From Desulfobacteraceae bacterium (lineage in GTDB: Bacteria > Desulfobacterota > Desulfobacteria > Desulfobacterales > SURF-7): 64,000 nt of DNA. The DNA lies in NCBI GenBank assembly GCA_003599865.1, contig QZKS01000013.1, forward strand, positions 2,414 through 66,413, written 5' to 3'. Shown here in pieces: positions 9,227 through 19,390 of the stretch. The notes under the pieces were generated by a model. That model was not told the origin of the DNA. It ran no database searches and worked only from the letters and a program-made list of their open reading frames with translations. The stretch's first letter is position 1. Every line of letters begins with the position of its first letter. The translations under genes were made by a program, and so were the position numbers.

Positions 9227-11905
9227 ATGAAACCACAAAAAACAATCTATCTGATTGACGGAACCGCCTATATCCATCGCGCCTATCATGCCATACGGAA
9301 TCTGACAAATTCAAAGGGATTTCCCACCAATGCCGTATTCGGATTCACCAAAATGGTGCTGAAGCTGATGGAGACCTATCAGCCGGAACATGTGGCCCTG
9401 TTTTTTGATGTAAAAGGACCGACCTTCCGGCATGAAATCTATCCCGCGTACAAGGCAAACCGCCCTCCCATGCCGGAGGAAATGGTTGTCCAGATACCCT
9501 ATATCAAAAAGATCGCGAGAGGATTCAACATTCCGGTGATCGAGAAAACCGGATTTGAAGCCGATGACCTGATCGGCACCATCGCCGGACTTGCGGAAAA
9601 GGAAGGCTTTTCCGTTGTCATGGTGACGGGTGACAAGGACTTCATGCAGCTGGTCACGGAAAATGCCCGTATCTGGGACCCCATGAAGGATAAAATGATT
9701 GATATTCAGGCGATTCAGGAATCCCACGGCGTCGAACCCCGGAAACTTATCGACATCATGGGGCTTTCCGGCGATGCTTCCGACAATATCCCGGGTGTTC
9801 CGGGAATCGGGCCCAAAACCGCCATATCGCTGATCCGGGAATTCGGCAGCATGGATCGGCTGTATGAACAGGTGGATACCATTACCCAGAACAAACAGAA
9901 GGAAAACCTGATCAACTTCAGAGACCAGGCATTTTTGAGCCGAAAGCTGGTTTCCATCGATACCCATGCACCGGTTCGGTTTGATCCGGATCAGTTCCGG
10001 CTGAAGGCTCCGGACAAAAAAGCGTTGTCCGAACTGTTCCGGGAGCTTGAGTTCCGCCAGCTCCAGCAGCTGTTCCCGCTGGAAACCGATCTGTCCGATA
10101 AAACATACCTGCCGGTGCCGGACATGGATACCCTGGATCAACTGGTATCGGAACTCGGCAGACAGACCATATTCGCACTGGATACGGAAACCACTTCCAA
10201 AAATTCCATGATCGCACGGCTTGTCGGTCTTTCCTTTTCCTGGAAGGAGAATGAGGCCTGGTACATCCCGGTTGCCCATGATTATGAAGGTGCGCCGGAC
10301 CAGCTTCCGGTTTCCATTGTCCTGGAACGGCTGCGACCTGTTCTGGAAAACGGACAGATCCAAAAGATCGGCCAGAATATCAAGTATGACTGGATGGTGC
10401 TGCTCCGGCATGGCGTCCAGCTGGACGGCGTGGTTTTTGATACCATGCTGGCCTCCTATCTTCTCAATCCGGCCAAACGGGCGCACAGCCTGGATCAGAT
10501 CGCTTTGGATTTTCTGGAGCACCGCATGATTTCCTATGAGGATGTCGCGGGCAAGGGAAAAACAGAGATCAATTTCTCTCAGGTTCCGGTTGAAACAGCG
10601 GTTTCCTACGCCTGTGAAGATGCGGATATCACCTTTCTGGCCTGGCGGAAATTGGTTCCGCTGCTGCAGGAGGCCGGCACTCTGGAACTCCTGAAAACCG
10701 TGGAAATGCCCCTGGTTCCGGTACTGATGCGCATGGAATACGCCGGTATTCTCGTGGATGAGGAAAAATTGCAGGTGCTTTCCCGGTCTTTTGAGGAGCG
10801 GCTGTTGCAGATTGAATCCGATATTTACAAGATGGCCGGTGAAGAGTTCAATATCCGGTCCACCCAGCAGCTGGGGGTGATTCTTTTTGAAAAACTCCGT
10901 CTGCCGGTGCAGAAAAAAACCAAGAAAAAAACCGGATATTCAACCGATGTGGAGGTGCTGACCAGTCTGGCCATGCAGCATGAACTGCCGGCGCTCATCC
11001 TGCATCACCGGACCCTGGCAAAGCTGAAATCCACCTATGCGGATGCACTGACGGACCTGATCCATCCGGAAACCGGCAGGATTCATACCTCATACAACCA
11101 GACCGTAACCGCTACCGGACGGCTCAGCAGTTCCGATCCCAATCTCCAGAACATCCCGATCCGGGGGGATGAGGGACGGGAAATCCGGAAAGCCTTTATT
11201 CCGCGGGAAGGTTGGCGCCTGGTTTCCGCCGATTATTCCCAGATCGAGCTTCGCATCCTGGCCCATTGTTCCAATGATCCGATACTGATCGAATCGTTTA
11301 TCCAGGATGAGGATATTCATACCCGGACCGCCTCCGAAGTGTTTCAGGTGTTTCCCTCGTTTATCACGCCCGAGGTCCGGAATCAGGCAAAAGCCATCAA
11401 TTTCGGGATCATCTACGGCATGAGTCCCTTTGGTCTGGCCAAATCCCTTGGCATTACCCAGAAGATGGCCAAGACCTATATCGACAATTATTTTTCACGG
11501 TACAGCGGGGTCCGGGATTTTATTGACGCGACCATCCAAAAGGCAAGAAAAGACAAGGTTTCCGCCACATTGCTGGGAAGAATCCGTCACATCCCGGATA
11601 TTGACAGTGAGAACAGAAATCTCCGGGAAGCGGCGGAGCGGATCGCGATCAACACATCGATCCAGGGAACGGCGGCGGATTTGATTAAGCTGGCCATGAT
11701 TCAGGTGGATCATGCCCTGAGCCAGGGTAAATTCCGGTCCGTCATGCTGCTTTCCGTCCATGACGAACTGGTTTTCGAGGTTCCGGAAGATGAGCTGGCA
11801 CCGGTTTCCGGACTCATAAAACGAACCATGGAAGGAGTCTGGGACCTGAAGGTCCCGCTGAAGATCAATATCCAGAGCGGAAAAAACTGGGCGGAGGCTC
11901 ACTGA
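9227..11905 (+). CDS. polA: DNA polymerase I
   Basis: 892 aa. It has the 5'-nuclease N-terminus (YLIDGTAYIHRAYHA), a 3'-5' exonuclease region, and polymerase motifs (DYSQIELR, QVHDELVFE-like SVHDELVFEV). Confidence 0.98.
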   Translation: MKPQKTIYLIDGTAYIHRAYHAIRNLTNSKGFPTNAVFGFTKMVLKLMETYQPEHVALFFDVKGPTFRHEIYPAYKANRPPMPEEMVVQIPYIKKIARGFNIPVIEKTGFEADDLIGTIAGLAEKEGFSVVMVTGDKDFMQLVTENARIWDPMKDKMIDIQAIQESHGVEPRKLIDIMGLSGDASDNIPGVPGIGPKTAISLIREFGSMDRLYEQVDTITQNKQKENLINFRDQAFLSRKLVSIDTHAPVRFDPDQFRLKAPDKKALSELFRELEFRQLQQLFPLETDLSDKTYLPVPDMDTLDQLVSELGRQTIFALDTETTSKNSMIARLVGLSFSWKENEAWYIPVAHDYEGAPDQLPVSIVLERLRPVLENGQIQKIGQNIKYDWMVLLRHGVQLDGVVFDTMLASYLLNPAKRAHSLDQIALDFLEHRMISYEDVAGKGKTEINFSQVPVETAVSYACEDADITFLAWRKLVPLLQEAGTLELLKTVEMPLVPVLMRMEYAGILVDEEKLQVLSRSFEERLLQIESDIYKMAGEEFNIRSTQQLGVILFEKLRLPVQKKTKKKTGYSTDVEVLTSLAMQHELPALILHHRTLAKLKSTYADALTDLIHPETGRIHTSYNQTVTATGRLSSSDPNLQNIPIRGDEGREIRKAFIPREGWRLVSADYSQIELRILAHCSNDPILIESFIQDEDIHTRTASEVFQVFPSFITPEVRNQAKAINFGIIYGMSPFGLAKSLGITQKMAKTYIDNYFSRYSGVRDFIDATIQKARKDKVSATLLGRIRHIPDIDSENRNLREAAERIAINTSIQGTAADLIKLAMIQVDHALSQGKFRSVMLLSVHDELVFEVPEDELAPVSGLIKRTMEGVWDLKVPLKINIQSGKNWAEAH

Positions 11906-11929
11906 TGATGAAGTCGGCCGGCCGGCTTT

Positions 11930-12097
11930 TTATTTTTCAGAGGGTTTTTGTTCCGTCTGCTTTACGGCTTCGTAGATGGTCTGATAGACGGTTTTGAAGG
12001 ACTCGTCAAAACTGGTTGGAGAAACCCTTCCAACCTCGATGAATTTGACAATAATTTCCTTGGTGGCCCGTAATATCTGTTCGTCAATGGAAGTCAT
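11930..12097 (-). CDS. Hypothetical small protein (55 aa), not in the ORF track
   Basis: Hand translation: MTSIDEQILRATKEIIVKFIEVGRVSPTSFDESFKTVYQTIYEAVKQTEQKPSEK. AGGCGG lies about 6-8 nt before the ATG. Composition looks helical. Divergent from queF. Confidence 0.4.
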   Translation of the reverse strand: MTSIDEQILRATKEIIVKFIEVGRVSPTSFDESFKTVYQTIYEAVKQTEQKPSEK

Positions 12098-12263
12098 CGA
12101 AACCGCCTGTTTTCCTGTTTCAGGGAATGGGGACTGTGATACGGAACCATTACACGGAAACGGTCCGTTGTGTCAAGGGGGTTTGACAGATCCGCTTTTA
12201 TTCTTTATGACAGGGGCTTTGGAAAAAAGGGCGGCATCTAAAAGAGTGTGGCCATAAAAGTCA

Positions 12264-12689
12264 GTGGAGATGAGATCAATGGAAAACAAGTCATATGAAG
12301 ATACCATACGATACAAACCGGAAAGTCCGGATATGATCCGGGCGGATGTTCTGGATCCCATAGAATACCAGTATCATGGAACACAGGATATTGATATCAC
12401 GATCAGACAGCCGGAGTACACATCCGTCTGTCCCATGACCGGGCTTCCGGATTACGGCTGTATTACGGTTACCTATCGACCGAACCGGCATATCATTGAG
12501 CTGAAGTCTTTTAAGTATTATCTGCTTCAGTACCGCAATGTCGGGATTTTTTATGAACATCTGGTCAATCGGATTCTGAGCGATCTGGTTTCGGCGCTGG
12601 GGCCGAAATGGATGAAAGTGACCGGCGATTTTACGTCCCGTGGAGGGGTGACATCATCGGTTACCGTTGAATACAAGGGGGGAAAATGA
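12264..12689 (+). CDS. queF: NADPH-dependent 7-cyano-7-deazaguanine (preQ0) reductase
   Basis: 141 aa. EYTSVCPMTGLPDYG (catalytic Cys) and the QueF motif ELKSFKYYLLQYRN. The true start may be the ATG at 12279. Confidence 0.92.
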   Translation: MEMRSMENKSYEDTIRYKPESPDMIRADVLDPIEYQYHGTQDIDITIRQPEYTSVCPMTGLPDYGCITVTYRPNRHIIELKSFKYYLLQYRNVGIFYEHLVNRILSDLVSALGPKWMKVTGDFTSRGGVTSSVTVEYKGGK

Positions 12690-13636
12690 GATTTTTGAAA
12701 TATTTTGTGGTCGTTTGCCTGATGCTTGCCGCTTCCTTTTCCCGGGCATCTGATGACGGCGGTCATCCGGAAAAGCCATCGGAATGGAAACAGGACTCTT
12801 ATCAGCACCTCCGGAAAATGGTTGGTCTGACCCGGTTTCAAAACAAGAGTTCCCTGCTGGATGACCGGCTGGTATCGGCCATCGATGATACATTGGCTGC
12901 GGTATTGACGGAAAAGTGCCCGGAAAATATTCCTGTCCGGAATGACCATCCTATTTTTCTTGAACTCCGAAACCGTCAGCCCAGGCGGGTATCCGGCGAG
13001 ATCGACAACATGACACTGATCCGGACCGGCCGGGCTGCCGGATTGAATGCGGTGGTTGCCGGTGAGATCATGGACATCCGGCATTTTCAGGAAGAAATGG
13101 GCTACTGGTGGTTCAAGAACATGATTTCCTTTTTCGAGGTCCATCTGCATTGCAGCGTGTATGATACGGAAACCGGAGCCAAGCTTCTGGATATGACCGT
13201 ATCGGAAAAGACGGATCTGCCGGAAGAGCTGTATCGTCAGGTGGAGTCCGGAGATTATGCCGGCGCTTTTCCGGAAATTCAGCGGATCAGCGTTTCCCTT
13301 GCCGAAAAGATCGGCGAGGAAATCTGTACCAAAATGGAAGAAGAATTGTTTAAGTCGTTTGTCACAGAGATTGACGGCAGGCAGGTGGTTGTTACATCCG
13401 GCAGCAATGCGGGTATCCGGCCCGGAGATCTGCTGGCGATTCATGATTCCGGCAGGGTGATTATCGGTAAGGACGAGCATCAGTTTTTTATTGCCGGTTT
13501 GAAAACCGGTGTTCTTCGAATTGATACGGTTGCCGATGATTCCGCCGAAGGCTCCATTGTACAGGGAGAGATGGCAGGAAAGGATGTCTGCCTGAAGCCG
13601 ATTGTCGAACCGTCCTGGTTCAGCAATTTTTTTTAA
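12686..13636 (+). CDS. Hypothetical secreted protein
   Basis: 316 aa. The start overlaps the queF stop (ATGA). Signal peptide MRFLKYFVVVCLMLAASFSRA. No confident family. Confidence 0.6.
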   Translation: MRFLKYFVVVCLMLAASFSRASDDGGHPEKPSEWKQDSYQHLRKMVGLTRFQNKSSLLDDRLVSAIDDTLAAVLTEKCPENIPVRNDHPIFLELRNRQPRRVSGEIDNMTLIRTGRAAGLNAVVAGEIMDIRHFQEEMGYWWFKNMISFFEVHLHCSVYDTETGAKLLDMTVSEKTDLPEELYRQVESGDYAGAFPEIQRISVSLAEKIGEEICTKMEEELFKSFVTEIDGRQVVVTSGSNAGIRPGDLLAIHDSGRVIIGKDEHQFFIAGLKTGVLRIDTVADDSAEGSIVQGEMAGKDVCLKPIVEPSWFSNFF

Positions 13637-13696
13637 CCGGCGGCATTCCTCTTTCAATATGTTCCGGGTTTTGGGGATGCTGGATGAGCCTCGCTT

Positions 13697-14035
13697 TTAC
13701 GGAAGGTTCAAATTGCGTTTTTCCATTTCCTGACACACCATTTTTCGGATCTGATGAAGATGATAGGAGTCGGATCCGATGTAATGGGGCTCTGGGAAAC
13801 GATTCCTAGGTTCCTGGTCCTGCGGGTCCAACAAGCTCTGCTTGTCCCGGAAATGATGGTCGATATCTTTGATCCGGTCGGTAATCCCCTGATAGTAGCT
13901 GAGCAGTTCCGTATCCGACATACGCTGAATATCTTTCTGCTTTTTGACCATGTAATTGTCCGCGCAGCCGGCAAGGATGCACAGGAACAGCAGGGACAGG
14001 GTTATGAGGAAGGCATACGGGTGTTTAGTATTCAT
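13697..14035 (-). CDS. Hypothetical lipoprotein
   Basis: 112 aa. Lipobox LFLCILAGC after a hydrophobic N-terminus. Confidence 0.6.
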   Translation of the reverse strand: MNTKHPYAFLITLSLLFLCILAGCADNYMVKKQKDIQRMSDTELLSYYQGITDRIKDIDHHFRDKQSLLDPQDQEPRNRFPEPHYIGSDSYHLHQIRKMVCQEMEKRNLNLP

Positions 14036-14087
14036 GCTGTAAACCCTTTTATTGTGTCGATTCAGGACCTGGCTTCTGTTGCGGAAA

Positions 14088-15512
14088 TCAGGCTTTTTGC
14101 AAGAGATACTTCAGCACATCTTCTGCACCATATGTGTCATCTTCACTGGAAATGAAGTTCGTGATGCATGCAATGTCATCTCCGACCGTGACCAGAGGTT
14201 TTTCCATATCCTCTTTGTTCGCAAGGGGTTGAGACATGCCGATGTTGGACAGCAGGGCATTGCAGAGGCATTTCCGGTTCCGGGTATCTTCCGGTTTTCC
14301 GCCTTTTTGGATATACGCTTTTTCCGGTTCCGCAGGGCACCGGTATCCCACGGTGCCATCGGGTTTTTTATACAGGTGTCTCAGGTAGCCGAGATCACAG
14401 ACACGCTTCCGTTTTTGATATTCTTCTTTTTCCGACAACGATCCCTTCAGGGACAGAACCTTGAACGGAAAGCCGGTGGGAGAGGCATGGGGATCGGTGA
14501 ATACCCGGGAAGACCGGTTGAGGATATTTCGGATCACCTTTTTTTTCAGATCCGTTGAAAAACCGGATTCACGGGTAAAGGCAAATGCGGTTCCGACCTG
14601 AATCCCCTTGGCACCGGCGGAAAGTGCTTCCTGTAATTTGTCCGGGCTGCCATAGGAGCCGGCCAGCCAGAACGGCAGTCCGAATTCCCGGATCTTGTTC
14701 AGATCCGCCATGTCACGCGGATGATAAACCGGTTCGTTAAGCTCATTCAATTCCAGCTTTCCCCGGGGTGGGGCATTGTGCCCTCCTGCCGAAGGCCCTT
14801 CCACGATAAAACCGTTTACCGTTCCGGACGCCTTGCGACACATCATTTTTGCAAGGATATCCGAGGAGACGATGCAGAGAAATTCCGGTCTTTTCAGCTC
14901 CGGAAGTTTCCGGGAAAAAAAATCACCGGGATGGAACCGCAGATGAAAATGGTCTCCGGGAGATATACCTTCAACGGAAATTTTTAAGGAAGCCTCCCGG
15001 TGGTCTGAAAATTTATCCAGAATTCCGGGGATTTCAACAGGAATTCCCGCACCCATGATGACACAGTCCACACCTGCCAGCATGGCGCCGTACAGGGAAA
15101 ACAGATTGGGCAGCTGGATTTTTTCAAGCAGATTGATACCGATAATGCCGTCATGTCCCTCTTTGGCCAGAAAGATTTCCACAAAATTGGCAACGACAAT
15201 CAGCTCTATTCTTGTTTTGCCGGGATCGATGGTGAGCAGGGGGGGTGTTTTAAAGGGCTGATTGTCAGGATTTCCCTGAGGCCTGAAATACGTGCCCAGA
15301 ATGTCTTGCGTCATCCGCTGATCGGGAAAATGGGACAGTGCATTTCGCAGCCGTCCATCCGCATCACCCTGCTGCAATCTCCGGATAAAAATCTGATCAA
15401 TGGCGGTTCCGGATACGACCCCGAGCTGGCCGGCCATGGATACGGCTCTAGCCAGCCGCCAGTCGGAAACGCCTACACCCATACCCCCTTGAATAACCAT
15501 CGGATATTTCAT
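14088..15512 (-). CDS. Nitronate monooxygenase (2-nitropropane dioxygenase) family FMN oxidoreductase
   Basis: MKYPMVIQGGMGVGVSDWRLARAVSMAGQLGVVSG is the typical NMO N-terminus. The tracked ORF extends to 15560, but the Met at 15512 has an AAGAAGAG RBS-like stretch. Confidence 0.82.
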   Translation of the reverse strand: MKYPMVIQGGMGVGVSDWRLARAVSMAGQLGVVSGTAIDQIFIRRLQQGDADGRLRNALSHFPDQRMTQDILGTYFRPQGNPDNQPFKTPPLLTIDPGKTRIELIVVANFVEIFLAKEGHDGIIGINLLEKIQLPNLFSLYGAMLAGVDCVIMGAGIPVEIPGILDKFSDHREASLKISVEGISPGDHFHLRFHPGDFFSRKLPELKRPEFLCIVSSDILAKMMCRKASGTVNGFIVEGPSAGGHNAPPRGKLELNELNEPVYHPRDMADLNKIREFGLPFWLAGSYGSPDKLQEALSAGAKGIQVGTAFAFTRESGFSTDLKKKVIRNILNRSSRVFTDPHASPTGFPFKVLSLKGSLSEKEEYQKRKRVCDLGYLRHLYKKPDGTVGYRCPAEPEKAYIQKGGKPEDTRNRKCLCNALLSNIGMSQPLANKEDMEKPLVTVGDDIACITNFISSEDDTYGAEDVLKYLLQKA

Positions 15513-15689
15513 CTGGTTCTCTTCTTTGCCAATCCTGCAGTCCGGTTGTTGCGGAGCCACGCAATGCAGCTTTTAAAATTGTCTTGTTGATATTAGCAGC
15601 AAGATATATGAAAAACAAATAAACTTATGACAAGGTTCTTGAATATTCAATGAAAATCTTCATCTTTTTTTCAACCGGGCGGAGAACCA

Positions 15690-17864
15690 ATGCTGACGGA
15701 CCTGAAGGGGCAGATTGAACGGCTGACCTATTATAATGAAGAGACCGGCTATACCATTGCCCAGGTAAAGGTAACCGGGCAATCCGACCTGGTGACGATT
15801 GTCGGGAATCTGATATCCCCTTTGCCCGGTGAGGTCGTTCACATGCAAGGGAATTGGATTTCCCATCCCCGATTCGGAGACCAGTTCAAGGTGGTTCAGT
15901 ACCGGACAGCCGTTCCGGCAACGGTTTATGGAATTCGGAAGTATCTGGGTTCCGGCCTGATCAAGGGAATCGGTCCGGTGATGGCCAAACGGATTGTCAA
16001 TCGGTTCGGGGAAGACACGCTGACGGTTATTGAAAAGGATATCGAACGCCTTGGCGAGGTCGGCGGAATCGGCAAAAAACGGATGGAGATGATCCGGAAA
16101 GCCTGGGCCGACCAGAAGGAGATCCGGGAGGTGATGGTGTTTCTTCAGTCCCATGGGGTCGGTTCGGGTTATGCCGTAAAGATTTTCAGGCAATATGGAA
16201 ACAGTTCGATTCCGGTTGTAACGCAAAATCCGTATCAGCTGGCCACGGATATTTTCGGGATCGGTTTTCGGACGGCGGATCGGATTGCTGAAAAACTGGG
16301 ATTTGAAAAAAAATCCCCGGTGCGGGTCAAAGCCGGCATCATTTATGTGCTTCATCGGCTTTCGGATGAAGGGCATGTATATTTCCCTTATGAACCGCTG
16401 ATCGCCGAGTGCCGGAAGATTCTGGATGTGGACAGGGCGGATGTGGAGGAGGGGATGACTGTGATCGAATCGGAAAAACGGATTGTGATGGAGGATATCC
16501 GCAATTCCCCTGAGGAAGATCCGGAAAGCCACAAGGCTGTTTTTCTGGAGAAATTTCATTTTTGTGAGAACGGTATCAGCAGGCGCCTCAAAAGATTGAT
16601 TCACGGGGAAAAAACGATTCGCCGGATTCAGGAAGACAAGGCCCTTGACTGGGTCCAGCAGCAGCTTTCCATCACCCTGGCACCGATGCAGATGGAGGCG
16701 ATCCGGAAAGCCATCCGGAACAAGGTCATGGTGATTACCGGCGGTCCCGGAACCGGCAAGACCACGATTATCAATGCGGTGCTGAAGATATTCAGCCGGC
16801 TTCCGGTGAAGATCCTGCTTGCCGCGCCCACCGGCAGGGCGGCCAAGCGGATGAGCGAGACCACCGGGCATAAGTCGAAAACCATCCATCGGCTTCTCGA
16901 ATTCAGCATGGGAAAAGGCGGTTTTCAGAAAGATGAGGACCATCCCCTTGCCTGTGATCTCCTGGTCGTGGATGAGGCCTCCATGATCGACACGGTACTG
17001 ATGCATCATCTGCTCAAAGCCGTACCCTTGCATGCGACATTGATTCTGGTGGGGGATGTGAATCAGCTGCCGTCGGTAGGCGCCGGCAATGTATTGAATG
17101 ATATCATCGCTTCTGAAACGGTGGCAGTGGTTACGCTGAACGAAATTTTCCGGCAGGCCCGGAAGAGCCGGATTATTGTCAACGCGCATCAGATCAATAA
17201 CGGTATGGTCCCCTATTTTGATCCGGCATCTTCACATGATGATTTTTATTTTATCGAGCAGGAAGACCCGGAAAAGGTGCTGGACATTATCCTGCGTCTG
17301 GTGGCGAACCGCATCCCGGAACGGTTCGGATTCCATTCCGTGGATGATATCCAGGTGTTGACCCCTATGCACCGGGGCATTGTCGGTGCCGGCAATCTGA
17401 ACCGGGAACTCCAGAAAACCCTGAATCGTGAAGAACGCGGCGTGGTCAGGGGAAATCGGAACCTCCTGGTCAATGATAAGGTAATGCAGATTCGGAACAA
17501 TTACGAAAAAGAGGTGTTTAACGGCGATATCGGCCGAATCCGGTCTGTATCCCTTGAGAGACAGGAGGTTGTGATCTGTTTTGACGGCCGGAATCTGGTC
17601 TATGATTTTAACGATCTGGATGAGATTGTCCCGGCTTATGCCATTTCCGTCCATAAATCCCAGGGATCGGAATATCCGGTGGTTGTGATTCCGGTTCTGG
17701 TTCAGCATTACATGCTTCTTCAGCGGAACCTGATCTACACGGCCGTGACAAGGGGTAAGAAACTGGTGGTGATGGTCGGGACACGCAAGGCCCTGGCTAT
17801 GGGCATCAAAAACGATAAAACCCGGAAGCGGTTTACCCGTCTGAAATACCGGCTGGCAAGGTGA
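15690..17864 (+). CDS. recD2: RecD2-type SF1 ATP-dependent DNA helicase
   Basis: 724 aa. MLTDLKGQIERLTYYNEETGYTIAQVKV OB-like N-terminus, Walker A ITGGPGTGKTT, LLVVDEASM, and C-terminal SVHKSQGSEYPVVV. Confidence 0.9.
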   Translation: MLTDLKGQIERLTYYNEETGYTIAQVKVTGQSDLVTIVGNLISPLPGEVVHMQGNWISHPRFGDQFKVVQYRTAVPATVYGIRKYLGSGLIKGIGPVMAKRIVNRFGEDTLTVIEKDIERLGEVGGIGKKRMEMIRKAWADQKEIREVMVFLQSHGVGSGYAVKIFRQYGNSSIPVVTQNPYQLATDIFGIGFRTADRIAEKLGFEKKSPVRVKAGIIYVLHRLSDEGHVYFPYEPLIAECRKILDVDRADVEEGMTVIESEKRIVMEDIRNSPEEDPESHKAVFLEKFHFCENGISRRLKRLIHGEKTIRRIQEDKALDWVQQQLSITLAPMQMEAIRKAIRNKVMVITGGPGTGKTTIINAVLKIFSRLPVKILLAAPTGRAAKRMSETTGHKSKTIHRLLEFSMGKGGFQKDEDHPLACDLLVVDEASMIDTVLMHHLLKAVPLHATLILVGDVNQLPSVGAGNVLNDIIASETVAVVTLNEIFRQARKSRIIVNAHQINNGMVPYFDPASSHDDFYFIEQEDPEKVLDIILRLVANRIPERFGFHSVDDIQVLTPMHRGIVGAGNLNRELQKTLNREERGVVRGNRNLLVNDKVMQIRNNYEKEVFNGDIGRIRSVSLERQEVVICFDGRNLVYDFNDLDEIVPAYAISVHKSQGSEYPVVVIPVLVQHYMLLQRNLIYTAVTRGKKLVVMVGTRKALAMGIKNDKTRKRFTRLKYRLAR

Positions 17865-18021
17865 GTTTGGATTGTTTTTTTCCCATTAAGATGAATCCAG
17901 GGAAGTTTTGTTGAATCATTGCCTTGATTATGCTATTGGTATTCTTCCTAAGCAAGATCCATCATACATGATAAACATCATAGAATAATCAAAAGAATAA
18001 TCAAAAATCGGGAGGAAAAAA

Positions 18022-19251
18022 ATGAGAACCAGGAAACGATTATCGGTTGTTGCGTTTTTGTTCTTTTTTGTGCTTTGTGCCGGATACGGAAATGCAGAGA
18101 TTTTATCCGAAGCCCTGACCATTTCACCCTTTCTGGGAAACTACCATTTTGAAGGCAACCAGGATATCGAAGACCGGATGACCTTTGGATTGGGGATAGG
18201 GTATAATATTGATAAAAACTGGGCGGTCGAGGCGGTGGGCAATATGGTGAGCACCGAGACGGATCCGGGAGCGGCGGATATCGATGTCAGGTTGTTAAAA
18301 ATGGAAGGACTGTATCATTTCACTTCCGGCAATCATCCGGATTTGGTTCCTTATTTGGGAGCAGGTCTGGGCGGGTTTAATTTTTCCCCGGATGAATGGA
18401 GCGGCGATGCGGGGATGTTTGTCAACTATGGCGGCGGGGTCAAATATTTTTTTAATGATACTGTCGGGTTGCGTGGCGATATCCGGCATATCATTTCATT
18501 TAATGATCAGTACAACAACCTGATGTACACGGTGGGATTGGTATTTCAAATGGGGGGCCGGAAAAAATCTGTCGAAAAGACGGTTATCGAGCCTGTTCCG
18601 GTGAAGGTTGAGGAGCCGGTTCAGGAACCGGTTTCCACTACAGCCGCCGTTCGGGACAGTGATGGTGACGGTATCGCCGATGATGCGGATAAATGTGAAA
18701 AAACACCCAAAGGGGTAAAGGTCGACGCCTGGGGCTGTCCCCTGGATCAGGACGGTGATGGCGTGGCCGATTTCCTGGATAAATGTCCGAATACGCCGGT
18801 CGGTGCACCTGTTGATCCAAACGGCTGCCCCCTTGATACGGATGCCGATGGTGTGGCCGATTATCTGGATAAATGTGAAAATACGCCAGCCGGCGCCTCA
18901 GTGGATTCCCGTGGTTGCTGGGTAATACAGGGGATTCAGTTTGTCAGCGGAAAAAGCGATATCACACCGGAGTTTTATCCGGTTCTGGATCAGGTTTTGT
19001 CCGTACTGCGAAATGAACCGGATCTCAAGGTTGAAATTCAGGGATATACGGACAGCAAGGGGGCCTTGGCATTGAATCAGCGTCTGTCGGAGGATCGGGC
19101 AACAAGAATCATGCAGTATTTTATCGATAATGGGGTTGACGCAAGGAATCTTTCCGCAAAAGGATTCGGCCCCTCCAATCCCGCAGCCACGAATGATACA
19201 CCGGAAGGGCGAGCCCAGAACAGGCGGGTTGAGTTAAAACCGGTCTGGTAA
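18022..19251 (+). CDS. OmpA-family outer membrane protein with thrombospondin type-3 (Ca-binding) repeats
   Basis: 409 aa. Signal peptide, then a beta-barrel-like N-domain. Repeated DSDGDGIADDADKC / DQDGDGVADFLDKC / DTDADGVADYLDKC motifs. C-terminal OmpA motif (GYTDSKGALALNQRLSEDRA...NRRVEL). Confidence 0.9.
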   Translation: MRTRKRLSVVAFLFFFVLCAGYGNAEILSEALTISPFLGNYHFEGNQDIEDRMTFGLGIGYNIDKNWAVEAVGNMVSTETDPGAADIDVRLLKMEGLYHFTSGNHPDLVPYLGAGLGGFNFSPDEWSGDAGMFVNYGGGVKYFFNDTVGLRGDIRHIISFNDQYNNLMYTVGLVFQMGGRKKSVEKTVIEPVPVKVEEPVQEPVSTTAAVRDSDGDGIADDADKCEKTPKGVKVDAWGCPLDQDGDGVADFLDKCPNTPVGAPVDPNGCPLDTDADGVADYLDKCENTPAGASVDSRGCWVIQGIQFVSGKSDITPEFYPVLDQVLSVLRNEPDLKVEIQGYTDSKGALALNQRLSEDRATRIMQYFIDNGVDARNLSAKGFGPSNPAATNDTPEGRAQNRRVELKPVW

Positions 19252-19258
19252 TGACAAC

Positions 19259-19298
19259 AGCACTCTTCTCCGGCACTTCCGGATAAGAGTGCTTTTTC
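19259..19298 (+). terminator. Rho-independent terminator after the ompA-family gene
   Basis: AGCACTCTT (19259-19267) pairs with AAGAGTGCT (19285-19293) and is followed by TTTTT. Confidence 0.6.
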
Positions 19299-19390
19299 CA
19301 TGAGCGGGGTTTCCTTTTTGGTGATGACCGTGAATCCGGACAAAAAAAGCCTCAGGAATTTGTGGTACGCTGAAGCCGCTTTGGGATTAT

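Noticed and set aside
9311-10522. 403-aa ORF antisense to polA
   Set aside because: The opposite strand encodes an unmistakable DNA polymerase I. The antisense translation is low-complexity (R/G/L/F/Q-rich) with no recognisable motifs, so it is a typical shadow ORF.
11994-12257. 87-aa + strand ORF between polA and queF
   Set aside because: It has no RBS and odd composition. It overlaps the better-supported 55-aa minus-strand ORF and the queF upstream region.
12098-12263. Possible preQ1 riboswitch upstream of queF
   Set aside because: I could not find the compact preQ1-I/II hairpin plus A-rich tail pattern. Only imperfect short stems are present. A covariance-model scan would be needed to overturn this.
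12551-13657. 368-aa ORF antisense to queF and the secreted protein gene
   Set aside because: It spans two well-supported + strand genes (queF with catalytic motifs, and a signal-peptide protein with ATGA coupling). Its own sequence has no start context or domain features.
16677-16692. Sigma-54-type TGGCAC-N5-TTGC promoter search (this hit and others at about 33460, 35325, 57650 and 63190)
   Set aside because: All TGGCAC occurrences lie inside coding regions, and all lack the downstream TTGC element at the correct spacing.
15660-17189. 509-aa ORF antisense to recD2
   Set aside because: The + strand has full RecD2 helicase motifs. The antisense product is rich in R/P/G/H/L and lacks motifs, so it is a shadow ORF.
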